Origin: Candidatus Thorarchaeota archaeon
GTDB taxonomy: Archaea; Asgardarchaeota; Thorarchaeia; Thorarchaeales; Thorarchaeaceae
Length of the DNA: 46,044 nucleotides
Assembly: GCA_011364905.1 (NCBI GenBank)
Contig: RDNZ01000023.1
Coordinates: forward strand, 1 to 46,044
Direction: 5' to 3'
Shown: positions 27,807 to 36,890 of the stretch, one piece after another
Layout of the letters: each line of letters starts with the position of its first letter
Numbering within the stretch: the first letter of the stretch is position 1
Notes under the pieces: generated by a model
The model's input: only the letters and a program-made list of their open reading frames with translations
Told to the model about the DNA's origin: nothing
The model's database searches: none
Position numbers and translations under genes: made by a program

Positions 27807-28901
27807 ATGGCGCTTGAGAGCTGGAGACTTCTCGACTTGGGTCCAATCGAACCCATCGAGACACAGATCAACTACGACATGATTGCCCAGGGGATAACTG
27901 AAGGAGAGTCCGAAAACACTCTCATCATCTGTTGGCCTGCCAAGCCACTGGTCAGTCTTGGTTACTTCCAAGAGATTGAAGCAGATTTAGATACAAAATT
28001 CTGTCAAGAGAATGATATCTTCTACACTCGCAGAACTGTAGGTGGTGGAGGGGTCTATCTGGATGACGGACAGATGTTCTACCAATTGATTGGAAGGCAG
28101 GATAGTCCAACAACCCCCAGGAGAATTGATGATTATTATGTGAAGTTCTTGGAGGCACCTGTTCGAGCATACAAGAACTTAGGAGTCCCAGCAGAGTTCA
28201 AACCTGTTAATGATATCGTTGCTAATGGAAAGAAGATCTCAGGCAATGGTGCAGGGGATATCGGCGATGCGAGGATATTGGTCGGCAATATGATTTTTGA
28301 TTTCAACTTCGATATGATGGTAAGGGTTCTCAAGGTTCCAGATGAAAAGTTCAGAGACAAAGTTGCAAAAAGCCTACGAGAGAGAATGTCTACAGTCTTA
28401 TTGGAAACGGGTTCAATGCCTGACAGGACAGAAGTGAAAGAGGACCTCCTACGTCTATATGAAGAGACATTGAATATTGAGTTTGTACCTGGAAAATTCA
28501 ACAGATGGGAAATTGACAAGGTCAAGGAGCTCAAACCAAAGTATATGTCAGACGAGTGGTTGCATTGGAGACGAGGCGGCAGGTTGGACGCTAGAACTGT
28601 GAGGATTTCCGCCACGACTCGTGTGGGCACCTCTAACTATAAGGCGGAAGGGGGTCTGATGCGAGTCACAGCTGAAGAAACTGATGGGAAACTGAGTGAG
28701 ATTGTGATAAGCGGGGACTTCTTCATGCTACCGATGGATGCCATCTCTAATCTTGAGAAGACGCTACTAGGGGCAAAGACTGAGAATGGAAACATTATCG
28801 AAAGGGTGAATGAGGCTTATACCAAGTTCAACATTGAGTCACCCGGAGTCACCCCACAGGATATAGAAACTGCTGTGAAACTGGCCTTTGAACAGAAATG
28901 A
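27807..28901 (+). CDS. lplA: Lipoate--protein ligase A family (catalytic + C-terminal domain)
   Basis: RRTVGGGGVYLD, NDIVANGKKISGNG, C-terminal ISGDFF. Confidence 0.88.
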   Translation: MALESWRLLDLGPIEPIETQINYDMIAQGITEGESENTLIICWPAKPLVSLGYFQEIEADLDTKFCQENDIFYTRRTVGGGGVYLDDGQMFYQLIGRQDSPTTPRRIDDYYVKFLEAPVRAYKNLGVPAEFKPVNDIVANGKKISGNGAGDIGDARILVGNMIFDFNFDMMVRVLKVPDEKFRDKVAKSLRERMSTVLLETGSMPDRTEVKEDLLRLYEETLNIEFVPGKFNRWEIDKVKELKPKYMSDEWLHWRRGGRLDARTVRISATTRVGTSNYKAEGGLMRVTAEETDGKLSEIVISGDFFMLPMDAISNLEKTLLGAKTENGNIIERVNEAYTKFNIESPGVTPQDIETAVKLAFEQK

Positions 28902-29007
28902 CAGCCAGCAGATATCTTCATTTTATGCGATGGGCAAGTCTGTTACATGAAGGTCAGACGGAGAGGAAACAGAACTGCTGGATCAGGATTCTCGTTCAGG
29001 ATTTAGA

Positions 29008-30063
29008 GTGAGTGCACCCGGGAGAGTATGTCTGTTTGGGGAACACAGCGACTATCTCGGCCTTGATGTGGTTGCAGCAGCCATTGACATGTCGATAGAG
29101 ATTGTTGCAGAGCCAAGAGAGGATAATAGTATCCACATCAACTATCTTGATCTTGATGAGTCAGACGAGTTCTCACTTGATGATGAGATTCAGTATAGAA
29201 CACAAAGGGACTATATTAGAAGCGCGTTCAACGTGTTGGCTCGTCGGGGGATAAGCCCCATGCATGGATGGAATCTTCAGGTGAGCGGGAGTTTGCCTAT
29301 TGCGGCTGGTCTCTCGAGTTCATCTGCTATGACTGTAGGAGCGATTAAGGCAGTCTTGGGCATGTCTGGTGAAGACCTAGAACCTGAAGAAACTGCGTTA
29401 AGAGCCTATGAAGCGGAGGTTGCCGAGTTTGGTGAAAGCGGTGGGACTATGGATCATTTTGCATCTTCAATGGGTGGAATCATCCATCTGAACACGAAAG
29501 ACAACAAGGTAACAAGACTTCCGGCGGAACTAGATGCTTTTGTCATAGGTGATTCAGGAGAAAAGAAAAACACCGTGGAAGACCTTCGACACATCAAAAC
29601 GACTGTCGAAGGAGAGTACGAGAAGCTCAGAGGACAGATTGAAGGATTCGATAGAAGAACAACGCCGCTATCCACAGTCATGGAGATAAGTCAAGAAAAG
29701 CAAAGTAAAGAGAGATCAATAGCGGAAGCCACCCTTCGCAACCGAGATCTGACTAATCGAGCAATCAAACTTCTGAGTGAATCACTTCCGGACCCTCAAG
29801 AACTAGGAAGCTTACTGAGGGAGCATCATGAGATATTACGGGATGACTTGGAACGTTCAACACCGAAGATTGAGAGAATGATTGCAGCCGCCTATGATGC
29901 GGGGGCGTTGGGCTGTAAGATTAACGGGAGCGGCGGCGGCGGTTCAATGATGGCATATACAGTGGGACATGAACAAGAAGTGGCCACAGCCATTGGGCAT
30001 ACTGGAGCGAAAACCTATGTTGTGAAAGTAGGTAGAGGCACCACTCTCACCAGAGTTCACTAA
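29008..30063 (+). CDS. GHMP kinase, galactokinase-like
   Basis: APGRVCLFGEHSDY, PIAAGLSSSSA, GTMDH, KINGSGGGG. Confidence 0.85.
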   Translation: MSAPGRVCLFGEHSDYLGLDVVAAAIDMSIEIVAEPREDNSIHINYLDLDESDEFSLDDEIQYRTQRDYIRSAFNVLARRGISPMHGWNLQVSGSLPIAAGLSSSSAMTVGAIKAVLGMSGEDLEPEETALRAYEAEVAEFGESGGTMDHFASSMGGIIHLNTKDNKVTRLPAELDAFVIGDSGEKKNTVEDLRHIKTTVEGEYEKLRGQIEGFDRRTTPLSTVMEISQEKQSKERSIAEATLRNRDLTNRAIKLLSESLPDPQELGSLLREHHEILRDDLERSTPKIERMIAAAYDAGALGCKINGSGGGGSMMAYTVGHEQEVATAIGHTGAKTYVVKVGRGTTLTRVH

Positions 30064-31631
30064 GCTGGTTTAGACAGCTCCTTCATTCTAATGTCCACTA
30101 TCTCAAGGATTGACGCCTTAAGACTAGCAGCATTCTTTAGGAGTTTTTCAACCTCTTTGGCAGTCTTATCAGCAAATGATTTGTCCTTGATGTTCCCCAG
30201 ATTGACTCTTACATTCAAAGCAGCACCCTCTATGGATGCCATAAGCGCATGAGTGGCGACACCTGCATCCGTGATTGAGTTAATGTTGCCTTTCTCAGCT
30301 GCCACGAGAGCATGAGTCATGGCACTGTATGAATGCTGCATCGTTGTCAATGGCACTTTGGCCGCTTCTATTGTTGCTTTTTCTAGTGATGCATCCTTCT
30401 TCTTCTTTTCAGCAGCTGTTTCTGCTGGAGACCTCAATGCATCCATAACAACATCAAATGCTTTAGAGTCCTTTTCAATTAAGTCCAAAAGGATACCTCG
30501 ATCATAATCACATGCATGCCTATGCTCCAGCATCTCATCCTTTATGCCAGCGAACTTCCTTCCTGATAGTGAAAGACCTGTGACCATGCATACAAGACCA
30601 GCTCCAAATGAACCAAGAGCAGCAGCAACACTCCCACCACCAGGGGTAGCGCGTGCGCGACGGACCTCATTACCAAATTCAATCATGGACATCTCAGTGA
30701 AGGTCTTTTTTGTTGGATCAGAACCACCCCCAAGGTAGTAGAGGTCCAGAATCATTGACTCATCGAGTTTCTCAGGTTGGATATAATATCGGAGCGCATC
30801 TAGAAGTGCGAAAAGAGGCACCATCCCAACAATCTCAGTTTCAATAACAGTTGCCCCAAACCTGCGTGCTTCGTTTCGTATGACCTCAAGCACTTGGTGA
30901 ATCTTCGTTCGTTTGGGATGGGTCAGGTTCACAGAAACCTGAACGCAGTTCTTCGCTGGAAGATTTAGACCCATTCCCTGAACATTAACAAAGCCACCAG
31001 TCGTTCCGCGTACTGCATCAGCGCAAACCTTCGCTACCTCGAGATTGGTTGTGCTCAAATTGAAGTTTATAGCAATCAAGAAGTTGCGAGCTCCAGTGGC
31101 GGTTGCTCCAGCTGTTGGGTGGATTTTGGTTGGTCCATAGTCAGGATCCTTCTCAGGATTCTTACCGATTTCTTCCCTGAGTCCCTCGAATTCTCCTTCA
31201 CGGATGTTTGGCAAATCTACTCGGTCTCTGCGGGTTGCAGATTTTGCATATAGAAAGATGGGCACTTTGCACTTCTTGGAAAACTCCTCAGCAAACTCCT
31301 TTGAGAGCTCGATACATTCTCCTATTGTTGTACCATGAAGTGGAATGAATGGCACAACATCAACCGCACCCATTCTTGGATGAGCTCCTTTATGCTTAGT
31401 CAGATCAATCTTCTCGACTGCAAGTTCTGCAGCCTTTAGTGCAGCACTCTTCACTTGTTGAGGGCTACCAATGAATGTGAAGACGGACCGATTGTGGTCT
31501 GCGTCAAACTCAACATCCAGAAGCCTGACACCTTCAACGCTTGTGATTGCCTCAGACAATGCATCAATGATTTTCTTGTCTCGTCCTTCTGAGAAGTTGG
31601 GCACGCACTCGACAACTTTCACAAGATTCAC
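30060..31631 (-). CDS. ftcD: Bifunctional glutamate formiminotransferase / formiminotetrahydrofolate cyclodeaminase
   Basis: ECVPNFSEGR, DHNRSV, HPRMGAVDVVPF, then cyclodeaminase TPGGGSVAA and NVRVNL; start moved to GTG about 31631 to avoid overlap with folD. Confidence 0.93.
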   Translation of the reverse strand: MNLVKVVECVPNFSEGRDKKIIDALSEAITSVEGVRLLDVEFDADHNRSVFTFIGSPQQVKSAALKAAELAVEKIDLTKHKGAHPRMGAVDVVPFIPLHGTTIGECIELSKEFAEEFSKKCKVPIFLYAKSATRRDRVDLPNIREGEFEGLREEIGKNPEKDPDYGPTKIHPTAGATATGARNFLIAINFNLSTTNLEVAKVCADAVRGTTGGFVNVQGMGLNLPAKNCVQVSVNLTHPKRTKIHQVLEVIRNEARRFGATVIETEIVGMVPLFALLDALRYYIQPEKLDESMILDLYYLGGGSDPTKKTFTEMSMIEFGNEVRRARATPGGGSVAAALGSFGAGLVCMVTGLSLSGRKFAGIKDEMLEHRHACDYDRGILLDLIEKDSKAFDVVMDALRSPAETAAEKKKKDASLEKATIEAAKVPLTTMQHSYSAMTHALVAAEKGNINSITDAGVATHALMASIEGAALNVRVNLGNIKDKSFADKTAKEVEKLLKNAASLKASILEIVDIRMKELSKPA

Positions 31632-31683
31632 CAGTGCTCGCTCCGGTAGTCGGTCCACAAAAGCGTTTGGGAATGAGTCTATA

Positions 31684-32565
31684 TCACTGGATTTGCGCTT
31701 TGTAAGCTGCAACGACATTCTTCAAGAGCATAGCAATGGTCATCGGCCCCACTCCGCCGGGCACAGGTGTGATACATGTCGCCTTTTCCTTCACTTTTTC
31801 AAAGTCAACATCGCCGTGAGGCGTTGCTACATCAATAACAACTGCTCCTTCTTTGACCATCTCCGCCGTGATGAAGAAGGGATCATTCTCTGTTGTTCGT
31901 CTACCTATAGCAGACACGAGAACATCAGCTTGTTTTGTAAATGAGGGTAGGTCCTTTGTACGCGAGTGGCAGATTGTGACTGTGGCATTGCGGTTCAGAA
32001 GGAGCATGATGAGTGGTTTTCCAACGATATTGGACCTATTGATGATGACGGCCTGTTTCCCGGAGAGGTCCTTCCAGCCAATCCGGTCTAGCATTGTGAC
32101 GATACCGTGTGGTGTAGCAGCGCTAAGATCCTCCTCACCATAAAAGAGACGGTACACATTGGTAGGGGAAAAGCCATCAACATCCTTCAATGGGTCGATG
32201 GCACTGATGATGGCCTTCTCGTCAATCTGTTTTGGAAGAGGTAATTGAACTAGAATTCCATGTACAGTCTTGTCAGCATTGAGCCCTCTGATTAATTCAA
32301 GAAGTTCATCTTGAGTGGTTGTTTCTGGTAAATCGTGATGTTCTGAAAGGATACCAGCCTTGTTTGATGCCTTGTGTTTCATTCGAATATACATCTGAGA
32401 ACCGGGGTCCTCACCTACAATGACAGTTGCCAACTTCGGTGAAACTCCATATCGAGCAACCAGCTCTGTTACTTCATTCTTCACTTCAGTCCGTATCCGA
32501 TGTGACAGGCGACGACCCTTGATTTCGTGATCTTCACAGATTGGTTTCAGCTCATCTTCGGACAT
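31684..32565 (-). CDS. folD: Methylene-THF dehydrogenase/cyclohydrolase
   Basis: YxxxK (YIRMK), HGILVQLPLP, KDVDG, RSNIVGKP, TPVPGGVGPMT; ATG 32565 with GGTGA RBS. Confidence 0.96.
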   Translation of the reverse strand: MSEDELKPICEDHEIKGRRLSHRIRTEVKNEVTELVARYGVSPKLATVIVGEDPGSQMYIRMKHKASNKAGILSEHHDLPETTTQDELLELIRGLNADKTVHGILVQLPLPKQIDEKAIISAIDPLKDVDGFSPTNVYRLFYGEEDLSAATPHGIVTMLDRIGWKDLSGKQAVIINRSNIVGKPLIMLLLNRNATVTICHSRTKDLPSFTKQADVLVSAIGRRTTENDPFFITAEMVKEGAVVIDVATPHGDVDFEKVKEKATCITPVPGGVGPMTIAMLLKNVVAAYKAQIQ

Positions 32566-32577
32566 GGAAATCACCAA

Positions 32578-34194
32578 TCAGAAGACACCACTGATGTTTC
32601 CATCAGCATCAACATCCATCCCTTGAGCCGCTGGTTCCTCAGGTAGTCCTGGCATCAAATTGATGTCGCCCATATAGATGACTATGAATCCAGCGCCATT
32701 GCTGACATCGGCACCGTTGACCTCCACTTCAAAGCCTTTGGGACGTCCTTTCAAACCCTTCTGGTCAGACAAACTGAACTGTGTCTTTGCGATGCAGATT
32801 GGCAGATTGCCAAAGCCTCTCTTCTCAAGTGACCTAATTCGACCTTTAGCTCCTGTTGTGTAGAGAACATCATCAGCCCCATAGATGTTCTTAGCGACTT
32901 TCAAGATCTTGGTCTTGATAGGATCTTTCAGGTCATAGGTGTAATGGATTTTTTTAGCAGGATTCTTCTCGATCGTTTCAAGAACCGCCTGAGCAAGTGC
33001 CTTGCCACCCTCACTTCCCCTAGCAAAGACTTCTGAAACCTCCATCTTCCAGTCCTTCGATTCACAGAACTTTCGTAGTTGTTCAATCTCTTCAGTTGCG
33101 TCATCAGGAAACCGATTGAGTGCCACGACAGCAGGAACTCCAAAGTTATTGATGTTCTCCATATGTTTCTCAAGATTTGGAAATCCTTCCTCAAGATTGC
33201 CATTTCCGTGGTGTTTTAGCGCACGAATTGTAGTGATCACAACACAGGCATCGACCTTGAAATCACCCGCTCTTGTGACAATATTGAAGAACTTCTCAGC
33301 GCCCAAGTCAGCTCCAAAACCAGCTTCAATGACTACATAGTCGAACAGACGCAATGCAAAGTCGGTCCCAATGATTGAGCTTGTACCATGAGCAATGTTC
33401 GCAAAAGGTCCAGTATGAATTATCGCAGGCGTTTCTTCCTGGGTTTGGACAAGATTGGGTTTGAGGGCGTCTCGTAGAATAACAGTCATAGCCCCTTGTG
33501 CCTTAAGGTCCTTAGCAAACATATCCTTCAACTGCTCAGACCGACCAATGAGAATATTCCCCAGTCTCTCCTTCAGTTCGGAATAGCTCTCTGATAGCCC
33601 AAGGATTGCCATCACTTCAGAAGCGGAAGTGATTACGAAGTTGTCCTCCCGTGGAAATCCATCAAATCGTCCACCTAAACCAATGATGACTTTCCTCAAA
33701 GAACGGTCATTCATATCAACATTACGCGGCCAATAGGTCCGTCGGACATCCAACTCCGGTTGACAATCATGTTGAATGTAATTATCAATCATGGCTGACA
33801 AAAGATTGCCAGCAGCAGAAACCGCGGGAAAGTCTCCAGTGAACATCAGATTGATGTTTTCAAAGGGTTCAACCGTGGATTTGCCGCCTCCAGCCGCCCC
33901 TCCTTTTACTCCAAAGACTGGACCCAATGATGGTTGTCGGATTGCAACTACAGCCTTGTGTCCCAAGGCATTGAGAGCCATTGAGAGACCAATCGAGTTG
34001 GTCGTCTTCCCCTCACCTGCTGGAGTAGGGTTGGTTGCAGTCACAAGAATCAGTTTTCCTTTGCGCTCCCCCAGATCCTTGCGAATCTTGAGGTCAATCT
34101 TGGCCATGTACTTCCCATAGTGTTCAAGATACTTCTCATCAATGCCAGCCTTTTTCGCAACTTCAGATATTGGAATCAAAACTTCACTCGCCAA
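32578..34194 (-). CDS. fhs: Formate--tetrahydrofolate ligase
   Basis: TPAGEGKTT, KGGAAGGG, GPFANIAHG, EAGFGADLGAEKF, AKTQFS, MPGLP. Confidence 0.97.
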   Translation of the reverse strand: MASEVLIPISEVAKKAGIDEKYLEHYGKYMAKIDLKIRKDLGERKGKLILVTATNPTPAGEGKTTNSIGLSMALNALGHKAVVAIRQPSLGPVFGVKGGAAGGGKSTVEPFENINLMFTGDFPAVSAAGNLLSAMIDNYIQHDCQPELDVRRTYWPRNVDMNDRSLRKVIIGLGGRFDGFPREDNFVITSASEVMAILGLSESYSELKERLGNILIGRSEQLKDMFAKDLKAQGAMTVILRDALKPNLVQTQEETPAIIHTGPFANIAHGTSSIIGTDFALRLFDYVVIEAGFGADLGAEKFFNIVTRAGDFKVDACVVITTIRALKHHGNGNLEEGFPNLEKHMENINNFGVPAVVALNRFPDDATEEIEQLRKFCESKDWKMEVSEVFARGSEGGKALAQAVLETIEKNPAKKIHYTYDLKDPIKTKILKVAKNIYGADDVLYTTGAKGRIRSLEKRGFGNLPICIAKTQFSLSDQKGLKGRPKGFEVEVNGADVSNGAGFIVIYMGDINLMPGLPEEPAAQGMDVDADGNISGVF

Positions 34195-34309
34195 TACTAT
34201 TGTCTATTGGTTTTTCAAGTGCGCACACACTGATAAACAAAACTCTCTGGCAAGAGGATCGATTGCGTAGATTATTAGGTTAAAATCAGCAGAGAGTACT
34301 AACACCGTC

Positions 34310-35497
34310 ATGCATTCTCGAGGGGTCATAAACAGTACAGTGTCATTTGCCATACTTGCTATTCTAGTTCTGACAATTCCATCGGGTGTTCAATCTAGTA
34401 GACCAGTTCAAGTCTGGCCAACGAGTGGCTGGGCGACTTCAACTCCAGAAGAGCAGGGAATGAGCTCTACAGCCCTCGCAGATGTGTATGACCAAGTGAG
34501 AAACGCCGGTGAGCATATTCGCAGTCTCATCGTTGTGCGACACGGGTTTATCGTTGCTGAGGAGTACTTCACACCTCAGCTCTATGATGTCAATGATACG
34601 CACATCCTGTACTCAGTCACAAAAAGCATAGTGTCATGTCTGATTGGTATTGCCATCGACAAAGGTTTCATCGACAATACAAGTCAGCGTCTCATAGACT
34701 TCTTCCCAGACAGGACCATTGCCAACATGAGTGTCTGGAAAGAACAGATCACTCTGGAGAACGTGCTTATGATGAGGTCAGGTTTTCAGTGGAATGAGGA
34801 CAATTATTATGAGTATAATGATTTCTTCGCTATGAGAGACTCCGATGACTGGGCACAGTATGTTCTCGACCGTCCAATGGCATACGAACCAGGCTCTGTC
34901 TTCTACTATAATAGCGGCAACTCCCACCTGTTGGCCACAATTATCAATGTCACAACTGGTATGAGTCCGCTGGCATTTGCAGACGAGTACCTCTTTGGGC
35001 CTCTTGGAATAACACAGAGGTTTTGGTCTACCGACCCACAAGGAATCAATTTTGGGGGTTCAAATCTGGCATTGACTCCCAGAGACATGGCGAAGTTCGG
35101 GCTTCTATACCTGAATAATGGGACCTGGGATGATCAACAGATTGTGTCATCTGAATGGGTAGCCAGCTCAAGTCAGGGACCTGCAACACCCTATACGATG
35201 ATCAGCTACGGATATCAGTGGTGGATTGATGATTATCATAATTGGTATTCAGCCAGAGGTTACGATGGTCAGTTCATCTATGTAATTTCGGAACACGACA
35301 TGGTGGTTGTGTTCACCTCAGATAACGAAGACGGGCCCAATGAATACGATTGGTTTGTGGGTAGTGGGATTCTAGATGCAATAACGAATATCTATCCAGA
35401 AAGCACGCAGAGCTATCCTCTCAATCCATGGATTGTAGGAGGCATCGCGGCATTTGGAATTGCAGCCATAGTACTTCTCATTAGATTCAGAAGATAG
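34310..35497 (+). CDS. Surface-anchored serine hydrolase, beta-lactamase/PBP-like superfamily
   Basis: Signal peptide, SxxK (SVTK), YNS, ARG; C-terminal TM helix plus basic tail (RFRR). Confidence 0.88.
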   Translation: MHSRGVINSTVSFAILAILVLTIPSGVQSSRPVQVWPTSGWATSTPEEQGMSSTALADVYDQVRNAGEHIRSLIVVRHGFIVAEEYFTPQLYDVNDTHILYSVTKSIVSCLIGIAIDKGFIDNTSQRLIDFFPDRTIANMSVWKEQITLENVLMMRSGFQWNEDNYYEYNDFFAMRDSDDWAQYVLDRPMAYEPGSVFYYNSGNSHLLATIINVTTGMSPLAFADEYLFGPLGITQRFWSTDPQGINFGGSNLALTPRDMAKFGLLYLNNGTWDDQQIVSSEWVASSSQGPATPYTMISYGYQWWIDDYHNWYSARGYDGQFIYVISEHDMVVVFTSDNEDGPNEYDWFVGSGILDAITNIYPESTQSYPLNPWIVGGIAAFGIAAIVLLIRFRR

Positions 35498-35549
35498 CTC
35501 TCCAAAAGAACATAAGACCGACACGTATTGATTTATGTGGTTGATAATA

Positions 35550-36863
35550 ATGGAAAAGCTTCCACTCGATGCACTACCTGATGCATTACCTGATGCAATT
35601 GAGGAGGACAAGTATGTCATCTGCACATACTATGTAGGACTCCCGCCAATTATGGACGCGAGAGAGCTGGCACATGCGGCTGCGGTTGAACAGAGTACCG
35701 GCACATGGACACTGGTGCCTGGCGAAACTCCTGAAGTTCGACGGCGCCATGTTGCAAAGGTCATAGGAGTCTACGAAGTACCTCAACATGAGTACAGCTA
35801 TCCTAAGGACCTTGAGAGAAGGCAGTATGTTATGCAGGTTGCCTATCCTTGGGAGAATTTTGGCCAACAAATCCCCATGCTTCTTACCACAGTTATTGGC
35901 AACATCTCACTGTATGGAAGAATCAAATGTCTTGACATGAAGTTTCCAAAAAGCTGGTTGAAGGGCTTTAAAGGCCCCAAGTTTGGGATCAAGGGTCTCC
36001 GAAAGCTTCTGAAAGTAAAGAAGAGACCGTTCCTTAACAACATGGTAAAGCCGTGCGTCTATACATCATGTCAAATGGGTGCAGATCTTGCCTATGAGGC
36101 GGCCGCAGGAGGTGCGGACATCATCAAAGATGATGAGTTGCTTTCAAATCCTGACTTCAATACACTTGAGGACAGGATTCCTCGATTCATGGAAGCACTT
36201 GATCGAGCAGACTCTGAGAAAGGAGAGAAGACAATCTATACAGTCAATATCACGGATAGGCTTCCGCGAATGTTCGAGAATGCAGAGAAAGCAATCGAAC
36301 TCGGAGCAAACGGACTCATGATCAATTTCCTCGCTGTCGGATACTCAGCATTCCGGCACGTCAGTGAGAATCTTGCACCCAAGGTGCCCCTTCTGGCGCA
36401 TATGGATGTGACAGGAGCAATGACCTACTCGCCTATTGTAGGTATCTCATCTAATATCGTCACTGGCAAATTACCTAGAATCTGTGGTTCGGATATCACT
36501 GTGTTCCCAGCGCCATATGGGAAAGCCCCAGTCCTTAGAGAACGATTCCTCAATGTTGCCCATGACATGATCATGCCTTTACACAATATTGGGCAGACTG
36601 CGCCAATGCCAAGTGGCGGAATCAGTCCAGGTCACGTCGAGGAAGTGATGGACGACCTTGGGCCAGACATCGTGATTGGTACCGGAGCAGGCATCCATGC
36701 TCATCCCAATGGGCCGCGCGCAGGAGCCATTGCTTTCAGACAGGCAATTAATGCGAAGATGCAAGGAATCCCTGTAAGCAAGTACGCAAAAGAGGAAGGC
36801 CATGAAGAACTAAAAGCCGCGATGGACTCATGGGGATCAGGGAAGACTGGAGCGGACCTCTAG
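35550..36863 (+). CDS. RuBisCO-like protein (form IV)
   Basis: EQSTGTW, GPKFG, DIIKDDE, SGG, HAHP; VKPC instead of IKPK and HMD instead of HRA. Confidence 0.9.
   Translation: MEKLPLDALPDALPDAIEEDKYVICTYYVGLPPIMDARELAHAAAVEQSTGTWTLVPGETPEVRRRHVAKVIGVYEVPQHEYSYPKDLERRQYVMQVAYPWENFGQQIPMLLTTVIGNISLYGRIKCLDMKFPKSWLKGFKGPKFGIKGLRKLLKVKKRPFLNNMVKPCVYTSCQMGADLAYEAAAGGADIIKDDELLSNPDFNTLEDRIPRFMEALDRADSEKGEKTIYTVNITDRLPRMFENAEKAIELGANGLMINFLAVGYSAFRHVSENLAPKVPLLAHMDVTGAMTYSPIVGISSNIVTGKLPRICGSDITVFPAPYGKAPVLRERFLNVAHDMIMPLHNIGQTAPMPSGGISPGHVEEVMDDLGPDIVIGTGAGIHAHPNGPRAGAIAFRQAINAKMQGIPVSKYAKEEGHEELKAAMDSWGSGKTGADL
35568..35600 (+). repeat. 12-bp tandem repeat (about 2.7 copies) encoding DALP-DALP-DAI
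   Basis: gatgcactacct gatgcattacct gatgcaatt. Confidence 0.75.
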
Positions 36864-36890
36864 TTTAGGTGGGACCTCGCACTGGTTGAC

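Noticed and set aside
27696-27971. 92-aa N-terminal extension of the ABC ATPase
   Set aside because: Overlaps the divergent lplA and promoter region; the ABC domain begins at 27695
35550-36863. CO2-fixing RuBisCO (form I-III)
   Set aside because: K177 and R295 equivalents are substituted, which is consistent with form IV
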